Made by a program: the position numbers and the translations under genes
Part shown: positions 50,519-61,100 of the stretch, piece by piece
How the letters are laid out: each line of letters opens with the position of its first letter
How positions within the stretch are numbered: position 1 is the first letter of the stretch
The notes under the pieces: model-generated
The model's database searches: none
Told to the model about the DNA's origin: nothing
The model's input: the letters and a program-made list of their open reading frames with translations, nothing else
Assembly (NCBI GenBank): GCA_963758295.1
Contig: CAVWUU010000003.1
Span: 96,001-160,000 of the forward strand
Direction: 5' to 3'
Origin: Candidatus Eremiobacteria bacterium
GTDB taxonomy: Bacteria > Vulcanimicrobiota > Vulcanimicrobiia > Vulcanimicrobiales > Vulcanimicrobiaceae
Length of the DNA: 64,000 nucleotides

Positions 50519-51163
50519 ATGGCCTTGCGGATCTACCCCTTCGGCGAAAATGCGCTCGTGTTGGCGCACGAGCCGCCCGCGTCCATCGACATCCAGCGCC
50601 GAATTTGGACGCTAGCCGCGGCTGCGAAGGGGTGGAGCGGCGTCGCGGAGGCCGTTGCGGGCATGAACAACCTCACGGTCTTCTTCGAAGCCGGCATGGA
50701 CCGGCAGTCGTTGGAATCTCAGCTCGCGCAAGGATGGGAGCATTCTGGTGCCGCCCGCGTGCGCGGAGATTTGCACGACGTTGCCGTCCGCTATGGAGGC
50801 TCTTTCGGGCCCGACCTCACCGAAGTCGCGAAACGCTGTGGTATGTCCGAGGCCGAAGTCGTTCGTCTACATTGCGAGCGTGAATTCGAAGTCTATTTCC
50901 TCGGCTTTCAGCCGGGATTTGCGTACCTCGGCGACCTCGATCGAAAACTCGAGGTGCCGCGGCGCTCGGAACCGCGGTCCGCGGTACCGGCCCGATCCGT
51001 CGCAATCGCCGGAATGCACACCGCGATTTATCCGCTTCGCGCGCCGGGCGGCTGGCACGTCATTGGAAGCACGGAAGTGCGTCCGTTCGATCTCGAGCGT
51101 TCCGAACCAGTGCTGTTCAAGCCGGGAGATCGCGTGCGCTTCCGGCCGGTAGACGCCGCATGA
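50519..51163 (+). CDS. pxpB: 5-oxoprolinase subunit B
   Basis: YGGSFGPDL, GFQPGFAYLG, IYP..APGGWHVIG, PGDRVRF. Confidence 0.93.
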   Translation: MALRIYPFGENALVLAHEPPASIDIQRRIWTLAAAAKGWSGVAEAVAGMNNLTVFFEAGMDRQSLESQLAQGWEHSGAARVRGDLHDVAVRYGGSFGPDLTEVAKRCGMSEAEVVRLHCEREFEVYFLGFQPGFAYLGDLDRKLEVPRRSEPRSAVPARSVAIAGMHTAIYPLRAPGGWHVIGSTEVRPFDLERSEPVLFKPGDRVRFRPVDAA

Positions 51164-52122
51164 CGCGTTTCCTCGAAGTGTTGCGCCCGGGATTGCTTTC
51201 CAGCGTTCAAGACGTTGGGCGGCTGAACCACCGGGCCGAAGGCATTGCTGCATGCGGCGCGTTGGATCCGTTGGCGCTTGCAGCAGCAAACGTTCTTGCC
51301 GGCAATGCCCGCGAGGCTGCGGCCATCGAAATTACGATGGGAAATGCGGCATTTCGATTCTCGACGTCGCTTCGGTTCGCGTTGAGCGGCGCCGAAACGA
51401 ACGCGACGCTCGACGGCTCACCCATTCCGTCTTGGAGTTGCGCGACCGCGACCGCCGGCCAAACGCTCGAATTGCGCGCACCGGTGAGCGGCATGCGATC
51501 TATTCTTGCAGTTGCCGGCGGCGTAGACGTTCCGCAAGTTCTCGATTCACGCAGTACCGATTTGCAAGCGGCATTCGGCGGATTCGGAGGACGCGCGTTG
51601 CGCTGCGGGGACCGCTTGGCGATCGGCCTTACACAAGTCGAACCTCCGGCGAAGTTTCGCATCAAACCGCCGCATTGGCAATTCGATCCGCATGAAGTGG
51701 GCGTTCTGCCGGCTCCCGAGCGCGCGCAATTCACGATCGAATCGCAAGGAGCGTTCTTCGACACGGCGTGGACCGTAACGCCGCAAAGCAATCGAATGGG
51801 CTACCGGCTGGCGGGCGCGGTCTTACGGTGCCGAAGCGATGCAGGCGCGATGCTTTCCGCCGCCGTCTTTCCCGGAGTCATTCAAGTGCCGCCGTCGGGG
51901 TCGCCAATCGTGCTTCTCAACGATGCGCAAACGACGGGCGGGTATCCGCGCATCGGCGTCGTCCGTGAATCGGATCGTTGGAAACTGGCAGGCATTGTGC
52001 TCGGCGCGCAAATCCGGTTTGTCCCTTCGACGCTCGAAGCGGCGGAAGAAGCAAAACGGCACGTCGACCGGTACCTCGACGAAGTGGAAGCTGCCGTTAC
52101 GTCGCGAATGAATTCCCTCTGA
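51160..52122 (+). CDS. pxpC: 5-oxoprolinase subunit C
   Basis: SVQDVGR, SRSTD, SNRMGYRL, DAQTTGGYPRIG; ATGA overlap with pxpB. Confidence 0.93.
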   Translation: MTRFLEVLRPGLLSSVQDVGRLNHRAEGIAACGALDPLALAAANVLAGNAREAAAIEITMGNAAFRFSTSLRFALSGAETNATLDGSPIPSWSCATATAGQTLELRAPVSGMRSILAVAGGVDVPQVLDSRSTDLQAAFGGFGGRALRCGDRLAIGLTQVEPPAKFRIKPPHWQFDPHEVGVLPAPERAQFTIESQGAFFDTAWTVTPQSNRMGYRLAGAVLRCRSDAGAMLSAAVFPGVIQVPPSGSPIVLLNDAQTTGGYPRIGVVRESDRWKLAGIVLGAQIRFVPSTLEAAEEAKRHVDRYLDEVEAAVTSRMNSL

Positions 52123-52124
52123 AG

Positions 52125-52826
52125 ATGACGGTCGATCTGAATGCCGACGTGGGCGAGGGCTGTGCGAACGACGCAGCGCTATTCGAAATCGTAACGTCGG
52201 CAAACATTGCGTGCGGATGGCACGCGGGCGACGAAGAGACAATGCGACGCACCGTGCGCGCCGCGATGACGCACGGCATAGCGATCGGCGCACACCCGTC
52301 GTATCCCGACCGCGAGCGTTTCGGACGCGCGCCGATGAACCGAGCGACCGAAGACGTCTACGCCGACGTGGCGGCGCAACTTCGCTCCCTACACGCGGTG
52401 GTCGCAAAAGAAGGCGGAGCGTTGCGGCACGTGAAGGCGCACGGCGCATTATATAACGCCGCTTCCGCAGATCGCATTATAGCCGACGCCATCGTAGCAG
52501 CGGTGCGCGACTTCGATCCAGCACTGGCAGTCGTCGGACTTGCCGGAGGCGCCCTGATCGACGCAGCGACACGTGCCGGCATGCGCGCCGTCCCGGAAGG
52601 CTTCGCCGACCGCCGTTATGACGGCGCCGGAATGCTCGTGCCCAGAACGGCGCCCGGCGCCTTCGTTGAGAATGCCGACGAAGCTCTGGAGCAAACGCTG
52701 GCGCTAATAGGCCAAAAGGTTCAGTCGATCTGCCTCCACGGTGACGATCCGCATGCGCTGGAGTTTGCGAAGACGCTGCGCGACGGCCTGAAGAATTACG
52801 GCATTTCGATCGCTGCAGTACGATAA
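52125..52826 (+). CDS. pxpA: 5-oxoprolinase subunit A (LamB/YcsF)
   Basis: DLNADVGEG, SANIACGWHAG, GAHPSYPD, HVKAHGALYN, EGFADRRY, ICLHGD. Confidence 0.95.
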   Translation: MTVDLNADVGEGCANDAALFEIVTSANIACGWHAGDEETMRRTVRAAMTHGIAIGAHPSYPDRERFGRAPMNRATEDVYADVAAQLRSLHAVVAKEGGALRHVKAHGALYNAASADRIIADAIVAAVRDFDPALAVVGLAGGALIDAATRAGMRAVPEGFADRRYDGAGMLVPRTAPGAFVENADEALEQTLALIGQKVQSICLHGDDPHALEFAKTLRDGLKNYGISIAAVR

Positions 52827-53015
52827 ATGTATCGCTAGCGTAAAGGCGGCGCGTTTTACATTATCGACGCGAAAAGACTTGGTAATGCGCTGCGGCGTTT
52901 ATTAACTTGGGTCCTACCCGTTTGCTATATTTGGCCTATCGTAACCAGCCGGGCTCTACGCCGCATGACGCGGTCTTTGGAACCGGCGCATTTTTGACGT
53001 GTCCGGAGGGGACCA

Positions 53016-53453
53016 ATGGAATGGAACCACCGAGTCGCCGCGTTGTTCCTCACGTTCGTGGTTTCAGCCACGGCGTTTGCCTATGCGGCCGCTCCCAGCG
53101 TTCAGCTCAAGCTGAGCGGATCGATCGTTACTTCAACCGCGCCCGGAAAGACGGCATACTTGCCGCTTACGCGATCCGTGAAAGCCGGCGAAGTCGTCCG
53201 CTACACGATCGTGGCGCATAACGGCGGCAGCGCGCCGGCCTATCAGCTGGCTCCGGTCGGCAACATTCCCGCGCGGACCGCGTTCTTGAAGATTGACGAA
53301 TCGCCGCAGGGCGCGCACGTCGAATATACGGCTGACGGTAAGAAATGGTCCAAGGCGCCGATGAGCGGAATGCGCTCTTTGCGTTGGACGCTCTCGCGTG
53401 CGCTGCCGCAAGGCGCCACGTCGACCTTCGCCTACGAGGTCCGCGTTAAATGA
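53016..53453 (+). CDS. Small secreted single DUF11-like Ig-domain protein
   Basis: GGAGGGG RBS; signal peptide AYA-A; AGEVVRYTIVAHNGG, IP, VEYTADG, LRWTL; ends STFAYEVRVK. Confidence 0.85.
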   Translation: MEWNHRVAALFLTFVVSATAFAYAAAPSVQLKLSGSIVTSTAPGKTAYLPLTRSVKAGEVVRYTIVAHNGGSAPAYQLAPVGNIPARTAFLKIDESPQGAHVEYTADGKKWSKAPMSGMRSLRWTLSRALPQGATSTFAYEVRVK

Positions 53454-55942
53454 AGCGGTATCTCGTTTCTGCAGCAGCGTGGCTGACGGCAGCATCACTT
53501 GCCGCTAATGTGGTTTTGCTTCCGCTTGGAAGCGACGCCGCGAACGGCCACGACGATCCAGGCACGCAAATTACGAACAGCGCAAGCGCCGTCTATAAAG
53601 ACGCCGCCGGCAATACGTACAACACGACTTCCAACACCGTAACGACGACGGTGCAAAACGCGCCGACGTTGACGAACGTTCAAGGCAGCGGCACGAGCTA
53701 TGCGCCGGGTCAGACGATCGCCGACACGTTCGTCATCACGAACACCGGTAACGGCCCCGGCACGTTGCAGCTTTCCGATTCGAGCGCGGCACCGACTGCT
53801 TCATCGGATGCCGTTCTCGCGGGCAGCGATGCCGCCTCAGCAACGCTCGGCAACAACGCCGCGACCTGTACCACTCCGGTCGGATCGCAGTCTGCGCCGT
53901 GTAAGTACTCGGCCACCGTCGGCGGCACGACGTACTCCTTCACGAGCTTCAACGGCACGTCGGACAACAATTCCCTCGACTACTGGCTGTTGCACACCAA
54001 TGGAACGACGGCAGCCGGCTCGTCCATCACCGTCACGGTGTATTACACCCTCTCGAATTCGGCGACGACGCCCGGAACCGTAACGTCGCAGATCTTTGCG
54101 ACGGTCGCGTATGCCGCGTCGGGAAGCGCTCCTGCCGAGACCTCGGCGTCGGTTTCCGCAACGGAATCGAACACGGTGACCGCCGATGCGCGCCTCGACT
54201 TATACAAGGCGAGCTCGCAAAACGGCTCGACCGGCGACATCACCTATACGATCTCCGCGCATAACGGTGGCGCGTTTGCCGCCAAGGACTTGCAGTCTGT
54301 CAAAGCGCTCCTCGGTGCAGCCACGGCCGGTGTCTTCATCACCGATCGCATTCCGCAGTTCGGTGGATCGCCGTTGACGCTGAGCAACTCCGGTGCGGTT
54401 ACGGTTACGCCGAATGCTGCTTACGGTTATGCGACCGGCGCTACGGCGGACGTGTACTACACGACGTCGGCGAACGGCTCGTCGGGCTGGACAAAGGCTG
54501 CGGGAAATCTTCCGACCGACGGCACCGTCACGTACATCGGCATCTTTATTCACGGCGGTACGTGTACGAGCGCCGGGTACGAGCTATGCGCCGATACCGG
54601 GCACGGGACGACTCCGGGCAACGCAAACGTTGCATCCGCCGCCGCCCTGCAATTTGCGTTCACCGTCGCACAGCCCACGGGGCCGGGATCCGCTAACTCC
54701 GGTTCGGTGAAGAACATCGCGAACGGCGTCATCGGCGATAACCAGCCGACGGAACATATTCTGGGACCGGGTATTCCGGGCGGTACGGCCGATAGCGGTT
54801 CGTCGACGCCGCTCACCACGGCCGGACAGGGCGTGAACAATACGACGAACACGTCCACCAACGGCGGATCGAATCAAACCAGCGATCAGGCGTTGTCGTC
54901 CTATGCACCGTTGAATGGACCCGCGGGCCAGCCGGCGGCGACTGGAAGCTACGACGGCGCCGTCGCGAGCAATACGAGCGACGACTTTACTGCATATCCG
55001 TTTGGTCTTGCCGGTGATGCCGTCGCCAACACCAGCACAACCCCCGGCACTCCGACCACCGTCGCGACGCTTGGTGCCGGCGGCCAGACGCTCTGTGTGC
55101 CGAACACCGTAAAGAACAACGGCAACCACGACGACGCGTTTAACGTCGTCGCCAATGCCCCGACGCAGTACGCCGTCCCGGCTACTACCGGCGGTACGGT
55201 GGTCGCCACGTGGAAGGTCGGCATCTACTCGGACAATCTGTGTAGTTCCGCGCTCGGCGGTGCTACGGACGGCTCCAGTTCGTCGACTGCTTCGAACGTG
55301 AGCGTCACGTCCGGAAATGCGCTCAACTATTATGTGAAGTATATTGTGCCGGCCGGCGCGCCGTACTTCAATCGCTTCGACTCGGTAATCACGGCGACGA
55401 GCATCGGCGACAACACCAAGTCCAACACGACGCACGACGAACTATACTCCGGCTTCATTGCTCTGACGAAATCGCAAAGCGTCACAAGCAACGGCTGTCC
55501 GGCAGGCGTGTCACCGTCCTACGCGGCCAACACGGTTTGTCCGACCGGCGTACTGAAATACACCGTCGACTACCGCAACCTCGTAATGGGCACGAGCAGC
55601 ACGAACGCTTCGTTTAGCGCGGTCGTCACCTCGGCTGGCTCGTTGCAAATCACGGATGACGGCACGCTTTCCACATCGGCCTCAAGCACCACGACGCCGA
55701 ACTGGGCATCGTTCGCGGCAATGACGGCGTCGCCGGCCGATACGACGACGGGTTCGACCTACACGTACTACACCGGTGTACCGGCGAGCGGCGGCGGCAG
55801 CGCGACGTGGTCGTCGAGCGCAACGAAGTTCATCGACCTTGTCGGCGGAGCTGCGTTCCAATTGGTTCCTAAAAACTACAACGCTCCGTCTGCGTCGCAA
55901 GGAAACCAAGGAACGATCCAGTTCTCGATCTCGGTACAATAG
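53450..55942 (+). CDS. Large secreted Thr/Ser/Gly-rich DUF11-type multi-Ig protein (candidate fibre shaft subunit)
   Basis: Signal peptide; N-terminal PGTQITNSA..Y..SNTVTTTV; Ig repeats with TNTGN and KNNGN; DUF11 units LYKA..ITD..KNIA and LTKS..ITD; ends TIQFSISVQ. Confidence 0.85.
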   Translation: MKRYLVSAAAWLTAASLAANVVLLPLGSDAANGHDDPGTQITNSASAVYKDAAGNTYNTTSNTVTTTVQNAPTLTNVQGSGTSYAPGQTIADTFVITNTGNGPGTLQLSDSSAAPTASSDAVLAGSDAASATLGNNAATCTTPVGSQSAPCKYSATVGGTTYSFTSFNGTSDNNSLDYWLLHTNGTTAAGSSITVTVYYTLSNSATTPGTVTSQIFATVAYAASGSAPAETSASVSATESNTVTADARLDLYKASSQNGSTGDITYTISAHNGGAFAAKDLQSVKALLGAATAGVFITDRIPQFGGSPLTLSNSGAVTVTPNAAYGYATGATADVYYTTSANGSSGWTKAAGNLPTDGTVTYIGIFIHGGTCTSAGYELCADTGHGTTPGNANVASAAALQFAFTVAQPTGPGSANSGSVKNIANGVIGDNQPTEHILGPGIPGGTADSGSSTPLTTAGQGVNNTTNTSTNGGSNQTSDQALSSYAPLNGPAGQPAATGSYDGAVASNTSDDFTAYPFGLAGDAVANTSTTPGTPTTVATLGAGGQTLCVPNTVKNNGNHDDAFNVVANAPTQYAVPATTGGTVVATWKVGIYSDNLCSSALGGATDGSSSSTASNVSVTSGNALNYYVKYIVPAGAPYFNRFDSVITATSIGDNTKSNTTHDELYSGFIALTKSQSVTSNGCPAGVSPSYAANTVCPTGVLKYTVDYRNLVMGTSSTNASFSAVVTSAGSLQITDDGTLSTSASSTTTPNWASFAAMTASPADTTTGSTYTYYTGVPASGGGSATWSSSATKFIDLVGGAAFQLVPKNYNAPSASQGNQGTIQFSISVQ

Positions 55943-55950
55943 AACAACCC

Positions 55951-58125
55951 ATGAAAGCACGGCCCGCTCTTCGGGTTGTAGCGACTGTCGCGTTGTGCTG
56001 CGTCTTTGCGGCACAGCGCGGTTTCGCTGCTCCTGCGGGCGGCGCCGCAATCGTGAACGCGGTTTCGGCAACCTACGCCGACGCCGCTTCGCACGTGTAT
56101 CAGACGTCGTCTAACGCCATCGTCGCTACGGTCGCGAGTCTCTCGTCAGTCGTCGTTTCGCCGAAGGAAGCCTCGGCAAACGCCTCGGCGGACGGAGTGC
56201 CCGTCGCCTCGACGGTGACGCGGACTTTCACGATTACCAATACTTCCAATATTCCAGACGCGTATCAGATCGACAAACTTTCGGCTGGTACGCTGGCTAT
56301 TTCCAAAGTCGTGTGGATTACTTCATCGGGCTCGATCGCAACCCGCATCAACGGCAGCACGTCGCCGGCTGTTGCGCCCAACGCCTCGATCTCCGCGCAG
56401 GTTACGATTTCCACGAACGGCATGACGATCGGCCAGAGCGTGGCGATACAATTTGAAGCGCATACGACGGTAACCGGCACGCAGAACGGCATCGCTGCGG
56501 ACAGCGGGCAACAGTGGCTTGTCGGCACGTCGGGTCCGCATCTCGTAGGCCCCGCGGGCGCGAACACCCTCGTTTCCAAAACGGTGAACGAATCATCGCT
56601 TGTGCAATCACAGCCCGGAAGTTCCGTGCAGTTCCAAATTGCCGCGAAAAATGCGGGCGGCAGTGCGGCGACCAACGTGAAGATTTCGGATCCCGTCCCT
56701 GCGGGATTGGCGATCGATTTGTCGTCGGCGACGATCGACGGACAGCCGGCGGGCGCGCAAGCTTCCGTGTCGGGACAGACGATTACCTTCGTGATCCCGC
56801 AGCTCGACGGCGGCGTTATGCTGAACGTGGCGTTTCGCGCATCTTTGCCGCCGGGCAACACGCTTGGACAATCCTTCGTTAACGTTGCATCTATTTCCGC
56901 GGACGGCATTCCGGCGCAAGGCACTACGCCGGCCGACGTCTTCGACGGCTCGGCCGACATCGTGTTCGACGGCTATGCCGGCGGCTCGCATCCGGTCGGC
57001 GGCGCAACCGTAGCGTTGCTGGACGCAGCCGGTAACCCGGTGAATCTCGCGTCTGCGACCCCGGCAGATCGCGCGCGCATGGCTTCGGCGGCGCAGAGCG
57101 GGACGACCAATCCGGTCGTCACCACCAACGACGGAACGTATGGATTTGCGCTTTCCGCATCCGCCATCCCGTCGCAAGGCGCGCGCTATTACTTGACAAT
57201 TGCCGCGCCCGGGTATCTGAACCGCCGTATCGCGGTCGACGTTGCACCCGCGGCTCATGCGTCCTTTTACAATGTTACCCAAACCTCAGTGGACGGTCAG
57301 CCGCTTGCGATGGCGGGCGGCTTTACGCTGACGAAAAACAACGTCAGCATTCAAGACGTTTTCGGATTGTTTGGAAACCTGCCGCTTTTCGCGCAAAGCA
57401 CCATCGTCGTTTCTAAGACGAGCGACAAACAGGCCGCATCGGCCGGCGATCGTGTGATGTACTCGCTACAGTTTCAAGACCAGTCGGCGATGGCGTTCAA
57501 CGACGTCGCGGTTGTAGACACGATGCCGGCCGGACTGGTCTACCTGCGCGGCACCGCTCGCCTTGACGGCGACGCGATCGAGCCGCGCGTTGAAGGGCGC
57601 ACGCTCACGTGGGACCTCAGCTCGCTCGCGCCTTCCGAACAACACACGATCGCGTATGCGGCGACGATTTTCGGCGACATCGCGCCCGGTTCGACGCTTA
57701 CGAATCAGGTTGCCGTTTCCGGAACGGGAAGTTCCGGCGGCGTGCGCGCGAGCGGATCCTCTTCGGCAACGGTGACGGTGCTCGGCGGACCGTTTTCCGC
57801 GCGGCGCGTCGTGGCGGGACGCGTGTTCTTCGACGATGCCAAAACGGGAACGTTCGCTAAGGGCGATCGCGTCGCCGCGGGCGTTCGCGTGTTCATGGAA
57901 GACGGTTCGTTTGCGTTAACCGACGTTAACGGCGCGTTCTCGTTCCCCGCGGTCCGTCCGGGCATGCATGCATTGCGCCTGGATCCGCTTTCGCTGCCGG
58001 CTAATGCGCTCGTCGCGAGCGATGCGCCGATGACTTCGCCGTACTCGCTCGAACGGTTGCTGCACGGCATTTTAGACGACGCAACGATGGAAGACGTCGA
58101 GTTCGCGTTGGAGCCGAAATCGTGA
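55951..58125 (+). CDS. Secreted DUF11-repeat protein with C-terminal SdrD-B/carboxypeptidase-regulatory-like domain
   Basis: Signal peptide; two complete DUF11 units (VSKT..SDPVP..FVNVA; VSKT..VDTMP..LTNQV); GRVFFDD..GVRVFMEDG..TDVNGAFSF..PGMHALRLD. Confidence 0.87.
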   Translation: MKARPALRVVATVALCCVFAAQRGFAAPAGGAAIVNAVSATYADAASHVYQTSSNAIVATVASLSSVVVSPKEASANASADGVPVASTVTRTFTITNTSNIPDAYQIDKLSAGTLAISKVVWITSSGSIATRINGSTSPAVAPNASISAQVTISTNGMTIGQSVAIQFEAHTTVTGTQNGIAADSGQQWLVGTSGPHLVGPAGANTLVSKTVNESSLVQSQPGSSVQFQIAAKNAGGSAATNVKISDPVPAGLAIDLSSATIDGQPAGAQASVSGQTITFVIPQLDGGVMLNVAFRASLPPGNTLGQSFVNVASISADGIPAQGTTPADVFDGSADIVFDGYAGGSHPVGGATVALLDAAGNPVNLASATPADRARMASAAQSGTTNPVVTTNDGTYGFALSASAIPSQGARYYLTIAAPGYLNRRIAVDVAPAAHASFYNVTQTSVDGQPLAMAGGFTLTKNNVSIQDVFGLFGNLPLFAQSTIVVSKTSDKQAASAGDRVMYSLQFQDQSAMAFNDVAVVDTMPAGLVYLRGTARLDGDAIEPRVEGRTLTWDLSSLAPSEQHTIAYAATIFGDIAPGSTLTNQVAVSGTGSSGGVRASGSSSATVTVLGGPFSARRVVAGRVFFDDAKTGTFAKGDRVAAGVRVFMEDGSFALTDVNGAFSFPAVRPGMHALRLDPLSLPANALVASDAPMTSPYSLERLLHGILDDATMEDVEFALEPKS

Positions 58126-61100
58126 TGAAACTTTCACGGTTTCTTCAGTGCGCGGGCGCCACGTTAAGCATGTTCGCTATATTCGGCCAGCAAACCGTGG
58201 GCGGTTCGTTCGCGGCTACGGTCACGCCTCCGGCCGCAGCCGCTACACCGGCGGCCTCCGCAGCACCGGCCGGCTTTGTGGTACCAAACGCTTCCGCGTC
58301 ACCCGCCGCGTCGGAAACCGCCGAGAGCCTTTCGAATCTCACCTACACGGCCACCGGGACGCTGCAGGCGTCGTTCGTCGCGCCGGTTAGCGATGATGCC
58401 TCACCGGTAACGGCCGCGCAAGTCGTCGTTTCTACGCAACGCGGTGCAGGCATCGAACTTCGCGCGAACGACGTCGTTATTGATTCCAAGCATCTCGGCA
58501 AACGCACCGTCAATACGAAGACCGGCGAAACGCAATACTTTTTTTACGGCGTGCCGCTCGCGCCCGGACCGAATACCCTAAGCGCAACGCCGCTGGGCGC
58601 GGGGGATACGCGCGGGCCTGAATCGTCGATAACGGTTTACGGTCCGTCGGAGGCGGCCAGCGTAAAGGCCGAATTCGGCCAACATCTTGTCGCAGACGGA
58701 AAGACGGCGGTACCCCTGAACATCACCGTCCTAGACCGTTTCGGCCACGCGTCACTTCCCGCTCAGCGCGTGCACGTTGCCATTCTCAGCGGCGACGTGC
58801 ACTTCGTCGATCTGCCGAAAGAGGACAGCGCACAAGCGGCGCCGGCCGCATCGCCGTCGCCCAACGTCGTGGCTTCGCCGCCGTCGCAGGGGCGCGAAGC
58901 GACTGTCGCGTTGCCCGTTGGTGCCTATTTCTCGCTGCGCGTGCAACCGGGCGTCGTAGCCGGTCCTTTCGAAGTTGAAATTCGAGCGGGGAACGCGTAC
59001 GCGCGTAAAACGTTTTATGTCGATCCGTTCGTCCGTTCGGCGTTCGTCAACGGCGTCGTCAGCGCGGGAACCGGCATCGTGCCGGGCGCCGTAGACGGCG
59101 ACGCGTTGTACGACAACGGCGGCGCGCGGCACGAGCGGCTGGCGATGTTCGGCACGGGCGCCGTCGGGAAGTCGCTGCTTACCGTCGCTTACGAATCGCA
59201 GAACCGGCTCTCGCCCGTGTCGTCTTTTGGCCCCTTCGTGGACGATCCCAACGAGCGTCCGTATTTGACCTACGGCGATGCCTCGCAAGTCACGTCGCCC
59301 TATCATTCCGAAGATCATCTCTACGCCCGTGTCGATCGCGGGCGCAGCAGCGCCATGTGGGGACAGTATCAAGCCTCAATCGGGCCGAACGACGTAGGAT
59401 CGTACCAGCAGTTGCTAAGCGGCGCGAAAGTGGATCTTTCGCTTGGTCGCGACGCGCGCGCAAACGTCGTGGGCTTTTCCGCTCGCAACGATCAAGCGTT
59501 CGTTTCTCAAATTCTTCCGGTCTCCGGTCTAGCTCAATTGATGCAGCCGCTACATCCGCAAATCGTCGTATCTTCCGAATTGCTGCAACTCGTGACGCTC
59601 GACCGCAGCACCGGCCTCGTCCTCCACGAAGTGCCGTTGCTACGGAACGTCGATTACACGATCGACTATGCCACCGGCACGCTGCGTTTCATCAACGTTC
59701 CGCTGCCGTACGACGAAGAATTCAACCCGCAAGTCATTTCGCTGCAGTACGAATATGAGGGCCCGGGCGTGCAGTCGCAGACGACGGGCGGCCAATTCAA
59801 CTACGATCTGTCGCCCGACCATCACACGAAGCTGCTGTTGAGCTACGTGAACGATGCTACCGGAACCCAGAATTTTGCGCTCTCGAGCGAAGCGCTGACG
59901 CGTACGTGGAGCGGCGGATCGGTGCACCTTTCGCGTGCGACCAGTTTTGGAATGATGCCGAACGCCGGGAACACGCTGCAGCTCGGCGGGAAAAAGTTCC
60001 GAACTCCGGAAGCGCGTATTCGTTTGCGTTCGACGAACGGGCTCGCGGGGATGCCGTCAACCTCGGATTTCAATCGACGACCGCCGGCTACGACGATCCG
60101 TTCGGCGGCTTCAGCACGCCGGGAACCAACGCATATCGTGCCCTGTGGAATCACGGAACGCAGACGAAGGGCCAGCTTTCGTTGAGCTACTCCGGCCAGC
60201 AGAACCACGGCGTCGGCGAGGAGAGCCGCGAAGGCGATCTGACGCTCCAATTGATCCGGACTCTCGCGCGTAACCTCACCGGCTCGTTCGGATTTACGCA
60301 ACACCAACAGCGCGTTGGCGGCGTGGTTTCAGCATCGCCGGCTCCGGGCGTCGCACTTGCAAACACGGCGCAAACGCAGGCGCAAGCCGCCCTCGACTAC
60401 CAACTTCCCAAACACTTCGGTGTCGCGATCTCCGAAGCCATGACGCTCGCGGGCTCGGACGTCGGTTCCACGCAGCCGTCGCAAACCGCCATCGAGGCCT
60501 CGTACGATCTTCCAAAGCAGGGGCGCATTTTCGCGCGCGAATTGCTGAGCGCGCAACCGTCGGCGACGTTTGCAAACTCGACTTCTAACTTGAACGTCGG
60601 CTCGGGCTCCACGCGCTCGCTGCAGCTCGGCATAGAACAGCCGCTTTCCTCGGCGACTTCTGTTAGCTCGCAATACGTGGTCGATCAGACCGGGTCGGGT
60701 TTGAACGTTTATGATGCCGCCGGCGTCGACGAACGGCTGCATTTGACCAAAACGATCGGCGCAAATTTTCAAGTGCAAGCCGCTAATGCGGTCGGCAACG
60801 GCGCGCAAGGGTTTACGCTTTTGAGCGGCACGCTTAACTATGCGGGCGTTCCCGGCGGCTTCCGTTCCTCGCTTTCGTACCAGGATCGCACGGGCGATAC
60901 CGGCGGATCCACGCTCGCCGCTGCCCTTGCGGGACGCGTTACGGCGAATGTTTCAGCCGTCGGGTTCATTCAGCACGCGTACGGAAACGGCATCGACGCG
61001 ATCAACGACCGCCTCTCGTTTGCGTATCGCCCGTCGACAAGCGACCGGCTCATCTCGCTCTTTGATTACACGCGCACAAACGGCGCGTCGTTGAGCGGTG

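Noticed and set aside
52827..53015. c-di-GMP riboswitch or sigma-54 promoter upstream of the DUF11 operon
   Set aside because: Only a partial resemblance (CCGGGCTCTAC..ATGACGCGG), without the GCAAA/GNRA P1 elements; the GG-to-GC spacing does not fit -24/-12.
59985..59997. Programmed ribosomal frameshift or phase variation at GGGAAAAAG in the barrel gene
   Set aside because: Cannot be distinguished from the many homopolymer indels elsewhere in the window.
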